This document shows positions 50,402 to 58,323 of a DNA stretch of 64,000 nt, piece after piece (within the stretch, counting starts at the first letter, position 1; each line of letters starts with the position of its first letter). The notes beneath the pieces were generated by a model. That model had not been told where the DNA came from, searched no databases, and saw only the letters and a program-made list of their open reading frames with translations. The translations under genes and the position numbers were made by a program. Source of the stretch: Spirochaetaceae bacterium (GTDB lineage Bacteria > Spirochaetota > Spirochaetia > DSM-2461); NCBI GenBank assembly GCA_965224705.1, contig OZ245056.1, positions 288,001 through 352,000 on the forward strand. The letters run 5' to 3'.

Positions 50402-51424
50402 TCAGGCGTCAATCGCCATCGGCCTGCCGGTATCCGAGGATCTATAGGCGGCCTCAATGATTTTCATATTGACCAGCCCCTCAAGGCCCCCGGGCAAGGG
50501 CCTGCGGCCGTTTTCGATCGCATTGATAAATTCCCGCATCTGGGCACTGTACATCTCCTGACCGCAGTGTTCGTTTCGTTCAGGAAAACTCCCTTCGGTT
50601 CGCAGGGCCGTCTCCGGGCCCGATCCCTCCGGTCCGCTGACGCTTACAAAGGTGGGATAAAGGCTGGCATATCCGGTTGTTCCATAGATCCTCGCAGCCG
50701 CTTCCGGTCCCTGCATATATGGATGCCACCAGCCGCTTTCGACTATGGAGCAGACACCGTTATCCCATTCAATGAGGAGCAGGGCACTGTCTTCTACTTC
50801 CATCTGCTTGACGGCATTCCTAACTTTGGCAAAAACCTGGACCGGTGCGGGATCACCCATCAGGTATCTTAGGGTATCGACGGCATGTATACCCATGTCA
50901 GCCAGAGCCCCCCCCCAGGCAAGCTTCTTTCTGGTAAACCAGCCTCCAGGCCCCCAATTGACATGAATGCCGTATCCGGAGGCCTTAAAAACATCTCCGA
51001 TTTTCCCGGATCTGATTTCGTCTGCCAGGAAGTTTGCCTCACCATCGAATCTCCAGACATGACCTGTCATCAGAGCCAGATTCTTTTTTTCCGCCAGATT
51101 CAGCATCTCTTCGGCCTGAGCCGCCGAGCAGGCCATGGGTTTTTCGACAAAAACATGCCGACCAGTTTCTAATGCTTCCAATGTCTGCGGATGGTGATGG
51201 ACGTTGGGTGTGGAAAGAACAACGAAATCGACATCAGAATCCCTGAGCATCTGCGAGAAATCTGTATAGGCCTTCCCGGAAACCCTGTGTTTCACTGCGA
51301 AGGATTCAGCGTTGGCCAGCGTGGGGCTGGCCACGGAGCGGAGTTCCACGCTGCGGCAGGACTTCAGCCCCTCCGCATGATAGTGGGAGATAAAGCCTGA
51401 ACCTGAAAACCCTGCCTTTAGCAT
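50402..51424 (-). CDS. Gfo/Idh/MocA family oxidoreductase
   Basis: GSGFIS, TPNVHH, VFVEKP, GGALADMGIH. Confidence 0.92.
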   Translation of the reverse strand: MLKAGFSGSGFISHYHAEGLKSCRSVELRSVASPTLANAESFAVKHRVSGKAYTDFSQMLRDSDVDFVVLSTPNVHHHPQTLEALETGRHVFVEKPMACSAAQAEEMLNLAEKKNLALMTGHVWRFDGEANFLADEIRSGKIGDVFKASGYGIHVNWGPGGWFTRKKLAWGGALADMGIHAVDTLRYLMGDPAPVQVFAKVRNAVKQMEVEDSALLLIEWDNGVCSIVESGWWHPYMQGPEAAARIYGTTGYASLYPTFVSVSGPEGSGPETALRTEGSFPERNEHCGQEMYSAQMREFINAIENGRRPLPGGLEGLVNMKIIEAAYRSSDTGRPMAIDA

Positions 51425-51425
51425 T

Positions 51426-52691
51426 TCAATCTTTCCCGAGGCTATTCTTATTCGCCATAACCTTCTTCACCGCCTCATAAATCTGTTCAATGTCGCCCGA
51501 TGTTCCCAGGAGGACGCGGTGGGGCAGGGTTACAGACCGATTTCTGTAGGAATCTTCAGCCACGGGAAGTTTAAATCTACCGGGATTCAGTGCGTCCATG
51601 TGAGCCTTATTCAAATGATGCCGTTTTTTTGTAAGCGGACGGTAAAGGGTGCAATCGTTTAGGGGCTGATAGCAGGGGGCTGCACCAATGCCCAGTTCAG
51701 CGCTCAGGGCGGATCGGAACTGGGCCGCGGGTAATCCGGTTTCCTCCGGACTTATTCTAAAGGCATAGTTGAAGTAGGCCTTTTTCGTTTCTCTGGAATC
51801 CTCCCGCATGATGTGAATTCCCGGCAGCTCCTTCAGCATGGAGTCCAAGAGATGCGCGTTTTTCTCCCGAGTTTTATTCTGCTCGCCCAGTCTGCCCAGC
51901 TGCGCAAGCAGAACCGATGCCTGAAACTCCGTGATGCGATAGTTGCCGCTCTGAATGAAATCCCCTTCCAGTCCGTAGTCACCGGAACTCTTGTCGACCG
52001 CCATGTTGGTCGGTCTCCTTCCGCAGTTTCTCAGCGCGTCAAGTTTGAACCAGAGATCCTGATCCGCAGTGGTGAGGATACCTCCCTCGCCGGCGGTAAG
52101 AACCTTTGAAAGCTGCAGGCTGAAGCTGCCTATGTCTCCGAGACTACCCACCGACCGGTTGCGCCATTCCGCACCGTGCTGGTGAGCCGCATCCTCAATC
52201 ACATAGAGGCCATGCTTTTTGGCGATGCTTCCAATCGCATCCATATCGGCGATGCTCCCATACAGGTGCACTGGAATAATCGCCCTGGTCCGTTCGGTCA
52301 GATTCGCTTCAACGGCCCGGGGATCAACACACCAGGTATCGTCCTCAACATCCGTCAGTATGGGAACGGCATTAACGTCGACAACGGCGGCCGCGGTCGC
52401 CTGCCATGTGATTCCCGGTACAATAACCTCGTCTCCCACGCCGATATTCAGGGCTTCCAGAGCAAGCTGCAGGGAGACAGTGCCGTTGGAGGTCAGCAGG
52501 GAATACTTGCTCCCAATGACCTGGTTCCAGGCATTGATGAAGGCCCTTTCGCGAGGACCGTTGTAAGACCAGATACCGCTTTCCAGGACTTCAATAAGGC
52601 CGCGTTTTTCCTCCTCCCCCCATACCGGCCAGCCTGGCCATGGATTTTTTTCTGTGTTTCGAATCGAATTACCACCGTTTATTGCCAGCAT
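51426..52691 (-). CDS. DegT/DnrJ/EryC1/StrS aminotransferase, BtrR/StsC (inosose aminotransferase)-like
   Basis: LAINGG, GDEVIVPGITWQATA, PVHLYG, EDAAH, SFSLQLSKVLTAGEGG, NYRITEFQA. Confidence 0.88.
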   Translation of the reverse strand: MLAINGGNSIRNTEKNPWPGWPVWGEEEKRGLIEVLESGIWSYNGPRERAFINAWNQVIGSKYSLLTSNGTVSLQLALEALNIGVGDEVIVPGITWQATAAAVVDVNAVPILTDVEDDTWCVDPRAVEANLTERTRAIIPVHLYGSIADMDAIGSIAKKHGLYVIEDAAHQHGAEWRNRSVGSLGDIGSFSLQLSKVLTAGEGGILTTADQDLWFKLDALRNCGRRPTNMAVDKSSGDYGLEGDFIQSGNYRITEFQASVLLAQLGRLGEQNKTREKNAHLLDSMLKELPGIHIMREDSRETKKAYFNYAFRISPEETGLPAAQFRSALSAELGIGAAPCYQPLNDCTLYRPLTKKRHHLNKAHMDALNPGRFKLPVAEDSYRNRSVTLPHRVLLGTSGDIEQIYEAVKKVMANKNSLGKD

Positions 52692-52727
52692 CAGGTTACT
52701 CCTTTTTAGCTTCCGTCGAAGATTTAT

Positions 52728-53741
52728 TCAGCCGTCGTTTCCAATCAGTCTGCGGAATTTTTTAATGAGATTCGCAGGCTCAATAACGGCCTCGTCTATA
52801 ATCGAATACCAGAGGCGGCTGTCGCGTACGAAGTCTGGCAGCGTCGCAAGACAGGCGCTGATTTCGTCATAATCCGTCCCGATTTTTTCGGGCCGATACT
52901 CCACCCCGGCGTCATTCAAAACGTCAAGAATTTTTTCGGGCTGATTATCCTGAAGTATGGCCATGAGCAGTATACCCAGCGCGACGAGTTCCCCGTGAAC
53001 AAAATGCCTTTTGGTTAAGTACTCCATGTTGTACGCAAAAAAATGCTCCGATCCTTCTTCCATCCGAGCATTGCCCCAGTCCGCGCACAGGTCGTTAATC
53101 GTGCTGAATGCCTCAATCAGGGCGGTAATTCCTTCCTCACTCACCGACCGAATTTCCCGACTCAATGAAACTATTTTCGTGAACACTTCCCATGCCGATT
53201 CTGCGATTCGGCTGTCGTGAACATCTTTTTCTCTGTCGGCCGCCAGTCTCCAGTCAAACTGGGCTATTTGGCAGGAGAGAATGTCGCTTATCCCGGCTCT
53301 GTTCAGTCTCGCAGGAGCACTCTGAATAATGGGACAGCAGACGATTACCTGCCCCGGCGCACAGCTGCCGATGTATCGGACGATGCTGCCTGTACGGACT
53401 GCGATTGCGGGAGTCACCATTGCATCTGCCGAAGCGATAGTCGGTATTGCGATGACCGGAAGTTTGTGAATCCATCCCATGTATTTGGCACAGTCCAGCG
53501 AGGCACCTCCGCCGATTCCGACCACTGCGTCAACATTTTCCAGAGGCTGAAGAGACCGCAGATATTGAATTCCTGTTTCTTTGACATAGCTGAGTTGGGC
53601 CGGATGTATTCGAGCATGCTCGTTCACCACCTTCCAGGGAATTTCCTGCGTGAAAACGACCGTCCGGTCCCAGTTGATATGAGATATCTGCGCACCTAAG
53701 TCATGGCCGATAGCCACCCTGGCAAAAGTACTTTCCATCAT
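52728..53741 (-). CDS. Glycerol-1-phosphate dehydrogenase-like / DHQS-Fe-ADH superfamily enzyme
   Basis: GIGGGASLDCAK, PTIASAD, EGSEHFF, HGELV metal-ligand motifs. Confidence 0.8.
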   Translation of the reverse strand: MMESTFARVAIGHDLGAQISHINWDRTVVFTQEIPWKVVNEHARIHPAQLSYVKETGIQYLRSLQPLENVDAVVGIGGGASLDCAKYMGWIHKLPVIAIPTIASADAMVTPAIAVRTGSIVRYIGSCAPGQVIVCCPIIQSAPARLNRAGISDILSCQIAQFDWRLAADREKDVHDSRIAESAWEVFTKIVSLSREIRSVSEEGITALIEAFSTINDLCADWGNARMEEGSEHFFAYNMEYLTKRHFVHGELVALGILLMAILQDNQPEKILDVLNDAGVEYRPEKIGTDYDEISACLATLPDFVRDSRLWYSIIDEAVIEPANLIKKFRRLIGNDG

Positions 53742-53885
53742 GCGCTTCCTTTCCTACAGGATTCTAGACAACCTGACCAGATATATCAATACTTATTTTG
53801 ATTAAGGTTATGATTATCGCGATAAATACCAGCACTCACCGGTCATCCCGGCATTTCCAGCATCGATATTGTGATACGCTGTCCT

Positions 53886-53960
53886 GGATGAAAAGACTGG
53901 ATGCCAGTGTTTTCTTCCGAATGATACAAAACTTCCTGAATTCTGGTTGTACAATGGATA
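53886..53960 (+). repeat. 75-bp direct repeat, right boundary of the accessory island
   Basis: 72/75 identical to 43292-43366. Confidence 0.9.
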
Positions 53961-54161
53961 TCAGAATCTATTAAATCTGAATGTTTGCAAGTATTAAGTT
54001 GATTCCTTGTGGATTATTGATTAAAGTATAACTATGAAGGCAGGACAGAAAGCAGCATATTCCCTGATGAAGATTTCATTCCAGATGCTGTTCTGATTCC
54101 AAACCTGTGATATAGTCTTGATTATGATCTATCAGAAACTATACAAAAAGGAAGTGTTTTC

Positions 54162-54671
54162 ATGAGAATTGTTGCTGTGAATTTCATCTTTGTATTTGTT
54201 GCTTTTGGTGTTTCGGGGCAATCGAATGATTTATTGGACAATTTCCTGGATGCGGAAAAAGCTGATATTGGAACCTCCATGCTGATAATTGCTCAGGCCG
54301 CTGGTGAGTTAGAGCCAACTGCAACACCTTTTGATGGATATCAATGGGCAGCCAGACAGGGTTTTGGCCGATTTATGAAGAGTAGGAACTCCAGCGATCC
54401 TATTACACTTGGTGTGTTCTACCTGGCATTATTTCATTCTTTGAAAGTAAAGACTGGAACCATGTTCGGTCTCTACAGAATACCGCGTTATGCGGTGATG
54501 GGAGCAAAGTATCTTGGTTATGTTGATCCTTCAAGAGCATATTACACACGTCAAATGCTGCCCTACGAAGTTCTGACAGGTATCACATATGTTCAGGACG
54601 ATATTGCCTTAAGAAGAATTAAAACGAAACAGATTAAAGCTGTCTCAGGTAATAAAAAAGATGAAATTTAG
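54162..54671 (+). CDS. Exported hypothetical protein, possibly SLH-like
   Basis: Signal peptide; SSDPITLGVFYLAL loosely resembles an S-layer-homology motif. Confidence 0.55.
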   Translation: MRIVAVNFIFVFVAFGVSGQSNDLLDNFLDAEKADIGTSMLIIAQAAGELEPTATPFDGYQWAARQGFGRFMKSRNSSDPITLGVFYLALFHSLKVKTGTMFGLYRIPRYAVMGAKYLGYVDPSRAYYTRQMLPYEVLTGITYVQDDIALRRIKTKQIKAVSGNKKDEI

Positions 54672-54683
54672 AGATATACCTGC

Positions 54684-55997
54684 ATGAAAACAATCAAACT
54701 CATATCAATTATTATTGTTTTAACAATCCCTGTCGGATCCATTGCTGCCAGCCATATGTGGGGAGTGGATGTCAACTTGCTCAGCTTGAAATTCCCCTCA
54801 TTTTCTTCCTTAACGACGACCATGGACCAGTCCAGTAAAGTAACCTTCTGGTTCAATGGAATGCTGAGTGATACACTGAAATTCGAAATAGATGGGGGGG
54901 GCGGTTTTGATTTAGGGTGGAATTTCACATTTGATGGAGATGGCCGATACAGTTCTGCAACTCAAGATTTTAGTGTTTATCCAATTTTGAACAAGGCATA
55001 TATTCATAGAAAAGGCACACTTCTTGAATATGAAATTGGAAGATACATGGTGAGTGATCCAGGCAATCTGATTCTGAATACTCCCCTTGATGGTATTGAA
55101 TTCACAATTAAGCCAGGTTCGCAGGCATTCAAAGCAGGTGTTGGATATACTGGATTCCTGTTCAACCATTCTACTTCTATTTCCATGACTGCAAATGACT
55201 TGAAGCGGTTAGAGGATAAAAAGGCATTGGCTGCACAGCGGTTCATTGAGTATCTTTCCTGGACCATGCCATCGACTCTCTGGCTGCAGCCTGAACTCTT
55301 CTTTCTTGCCATGCAGGATGTTGCAGCCGATGATGATCTTTCAAGGAGTGAATCAGAAAGATACCATTCCATGTATCTTGAATTCAGATCACGTGGATTC
55401 CTCGGCCAGTATTTTATATATGAATTGGCTTTAGCAGGTCAATTAGGATTTTACGGGCCTGCAACCACGGTTCTGGCCGGTTCAGGTAAGGCAAAGGTTT
55501 CATGGCTGCCGAATCCGAAGATTCAGGTTGGCATAGAGGCAATATTATCCACCGGTGATGATTCAGGGAGGAAGAGTTATGAGTTTGCAGGTGTCAATGA
55601 AGATACTGGAACCATGCTGTATCAGTATCTACCTGTGTCATCTGTCTCATCGCGTGGTTATGTCCTCGATTTTGGATTGGGAAATGTCATTTCAGCAGCG
55701 GCGTATTTCAAACACAGTCTTTCGAAGGGCTTCAACTGGGAATTGCGTACAACAACTTTTCTACGGCCTGTAGAAGGGGGTGTTGTATCAACAGCCATGG
55801 TGAATCGTGATGCTGAAGGGAGCTTTATTGCACAGGAGGCCTTGATTGGATTATCAGGAAATCCCAATGCGAATTTCAGATGGAGTGTCAAAGTCGGCGC
55901 ATTGTTTTATGGTGACCTGATTGACCTGCATAGTGTGTTTAAACAGGTTTTACCAGTAATCCCGCGTGTCGGCTTTGATCTTAATTTCAGTTTGTGA
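54684..55997 (+). CDS. Outer membrane beta-barrel protein
   Basis: Signal peptide, many amphipathic strands, EIGRY...LDGIEF porin-like segment, C-terminal FDLNFSL. Confidence 0.65.
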   Translation: MKTIKLISIIIVLTIPVGSIAASHMWGVDVNLLSLKFPSFSSLTTTMDQSSKVTFWFNGMLSDTLKFEIDGGGGFDLGWNFTFDGDGRYSSATQDFSVYPILNKAYIHRKGTLLEYEIGRYMVSDPGNLILNTPLDGIEFTIKPGSQAFKAGVGYTGFLFNHSTSISMTANDLKRLEDKKALAAQRFIEYLSWTMPSTLWLQPELFFLAMQDVAADDDLSRSESERYHSMYLEFRSRGFLGQYFIYELALAGQLGFYGPATTVLAGSGKAKVSWLPNPKIQVGIEAILSTGDDSGRKSYEFAGVNEDTGTMLYQYLPVSSVSSRGYVLDFGLGNVISAAAYFKHSLSKGFNWELRTTTFLRPVEGGVVSTAMVNRDAEGSFIAQEALIGLSGNPNANFRWSVKVGALFYGDLIDLHSVFKQVLPVIPRVGFDLNFSL

Positions 55998-56013
55998 TTT
56001 TTAGGAGAGCATT

Positions 56014-56658
56014 ATGAAAAAGCTAATGAGTTTGATCTTATTGGGAAGTCTTTCGGTTGGGCTCTGGGCTGTGGATGCAACAATCCTTAGCCTTTCTGGA
56101 CCATCCGTAGAGATCAAAGAACCTGGCGGAACCTGGCAGCCTGCCAGTCAGGGCCAGGTTGTTTCATCAGCATCAATGATCGCTACAGGCTTCAATTCCA
56201 AAGTTAGTATATCGGTTGGCGGGATGGATTTAAGTTTGTCGTCTCTGACTCGTGTGAGTATTGATGCTCTCATGGAGGATAATGATGTTATAACCACATC
56301 TTTGTCTCTAAGTACTGGCAGATTGAGAGCCAGCTCTCAACCTGTGGAACGCAAAACCCGCCGAAAAATCGACTTCAAGGTGAATACGCCAGTTGCAACG
56401 GCGGCGGTGCGTGGAACAGAGTTCTTGTTGAGTACCAATAAATTGGAAACAATTGAAGGCATGGTTGAACTGCGGCAGGGCAGCCGTGTTGTTCAGGCCC
56501 CTGCAGGTTCAAAATCCTGGGTAGCACCTGATGCTCCACCAACTGCACCCATTGAGAATATTGGTGAATTGATTTCTCCTGAGATAACGGCTGCAGAAGA
56601 AGTTGAGGAAATTGAAACAATTGTTACAACCGGCGATGTTCGAATCATTTTGGAGTAG
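56014..56658 (+). CDS. Exported FecR-domain protein
   Basis: Signal peptide; IATGFNS and FKVNTPVATAAVRGTEF FecR motifs. Confidence 0.8.
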   Translation: MKKLMSLILLGSLSVGLWAVDATILSLSGPSVEIKEPGGTWQPASQGQVVSSASMIATGFNSKVSISVGGMDLSLSSLTRVSIDALMEDNDVITTSLSLSTGRLRASSQPVERKTRRKIDFKVNTPVATAAVRGTEFLLSTNKLETIEGMVELRQGSRVVQAPAGSKSWVAPDAPPTAPIENIGELISPEITAAEEVEEIETIVTTGDVRIILE

Positions 56659-56671
56659 TGAGGTGGTAAAG

Positions 56672-57487
56672 ATGAAACCAAAAAAAGAAACGGTAATGAT
56701 AATAACTTTTTCGATCTTGACAGGTGTTATGGCTCTATCCTGCTTCGGGGCGTTCGGTACCCACGGACAAATCGAAATAGTCATCCCGAATGCAGATGCT
56801 GCACGATCTCTTGAAGGTTATGACGGTACAGGAGAAGTTTCCATTAAGGGAACGGTCGTATACGGTAATGCCGGACAGGGCTATACAGCCAGAGAGTTTT
56901 ACAGTGGATCGACTCTGACTGAATCAAATAACTCATTTGTACTCACCAATATTCCTACAGGCACGTATATTTTTGGAATCCTGATACAGGATAGTAATGA
57001 TATTGTTATAGGATTAGCTATAAAACAAGTTGTCATTTCTGCCGGCATCAATAATGTCCCAATCAGAGTAGGCCCTGGCATTGAATCTGCCCGAATTGGT
57101 TCCATTGACTTTGGGACAGATCCAATCCAGTTTATGGAGAATAATAAAGATAAATACTCGGTAACTTTTGGTGAAGATAGGATATCCTTTATTGATAAAA
57201 CAGCCAATAGTACCAACCATCCCGATAACAGTGATGTGGAAGTGTCTTTTATTCCCATATTCTCGAAAAACAATACTCATGAAATCGTGTCAGCAAAGGC
57301 ATTTCTGATTGATGAGTCTGGAAACGTGAGTGAAGTTGATTCAGCAGAATATAGTAGCGATGGAAAAGTCACAGCTACTGTAACAAAGGGTAAAGCCGGA
57401 GTGCGATTTAAGCTTTACGATTCTCTGGATTCAACTGCTATACCCTATGTCTACGATGTGTATTTGAAAGATATAGGTTCAAATTAG
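56672..57487 (+). CDS. Hypothetical lipoprotein, beta-rich
   Basis: GAGGTG RBS, lipobox-like ALSC, Ig-like TNIPTGTY segment. Confidence 0.6.
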   Translation: MKPKKETVMIITFSILTGVMALSCFGAFGTHGQIEIVIPNADAARSLEGYDGTGEVSIKGTVVYGNAGQGYTAREFYSGSTLTESNNSFVLTNIPTGTYIFGILIQDSNDIVIGLAIKQVVISAGINNVPIRVGPGIESARIGSIDFGTDPIQFMENNKDKYSVTFGEDRISFIDKTANSTNHPDNSDVEVSFIPIFSKNNTHEIVSAKAFLIDESGNVSEVDSAEYSSDGKVTATVTKGKAGVRFKLYDSLDSTAIPYVYDVYLKDIGSN

Positions 57488-57506
57488 ACGGAATTTTTAC
57501 AACAGT

Positions 57507-58202
57507 TCATTCCTGATGTGCTGCTGGTACCATTGCTCCTTTTTCAAGGAAACTATAGTAATCGCTGTTACTGAATATTATATGGTCGAGCAAAGGAATC
57601 CCAAGAATATCTCCAGCAGTTTGTAATCGTCTGGTGAGTATTTGATCTTCACTGCTTGGGTCTACACTTCCGGAAGGGTGATTATGGGCACAGATTACAG
57701 CGGCTGCTCTATCCGCAAGAGGATTGACAAAAACTTCCCTTGGATGGACTATTGTGCGGTTCAGTATCCCCTGAGTAACCACCCTGAGCCGCAGCACCTC
57801 ATGGGCTCCATTCAAGCTGATTACAAGAAAGTGCTCCTGAGGCCTGTCAGCCCAATGGGTAAGCAGGGGATAGACATCTGCTGGTTGACTGATCCTCTTT
57901 GCAGCAGGACGCAGACGTCTTCTTGCAAACTCAAGGGAACCTGCAATCAGACCCATTCGTGCCAGGCCAATCCCGGGGATATTCTGAAGCTGCAGGATAT
58001 CGGGGTTATTGTTTTCCTTATCCAGGACACTCAGAACTTCCATGGCCAATCCGCTGACACTTCTTCCTTTTCCACCACTGCCAAGCATGAGCGAGAGAAG
58101 TTCTATATCAGAGAGAGAACTCACTCCTAACTTTCGGAATCTTTCTCGTGGCCTTTCCTCTACCGGTATCTCCAGGATGTTTTTGCAGGTGTATGATGTC
58201 AT
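57507..58202 (-). CDS. radC: RadC/JAB domain protein
   Basis: ERPRE, LSDIELL, VHPREVF, AHNHPSG..PS.ED, LLDHII. Confidence 0.93.
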   Translation of the reverse strand: MTSYTCKNILEIPVEERPRERFRKLGVSSLSDIELLSLMLGSGGKGRSVSGLAMEVLSVLDKENNNPDILQLQNIPGIGLARMGLIAGSLEFARRRLRPAAKRISQPADVYPLLTHWADRPQEHFLVISLNGAHEVLRLRVVTQGILNRTIVHPREVFVNPLADRAAAVICAHNHPSGSVDPSSEDQILTRRLQTAGDILGIPLLDHIIFSNSDYYSFLEKGAMVPAAHQE

Positions 58203-58323
58203 ATCTCATTATAACGATGTTAAACGGGCTAAATGATTACTCAATGGACTATATTCTCTCAAAAAAATGATTTTGCAGGATTACATCTGCTGAGAGTACC
58301 TCATTTCCTCAACTGACAACAGT

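Noticed and set aside
52728..53741. 2-deoxy-scyllo-inosose synthase or dehydroquinate synthase
   Set aside because: Motifs fit the G1PDH branch (PTIASAD, GSEH); the GGK/KN and LN.GHT cyclase signatures are absent.
54040..54100. Hammerhead ribozyme suggested by GAAA and CTGATGA
   Set aside because: The required stems I and III cannot be formed; it is only an imperfect hairpin.
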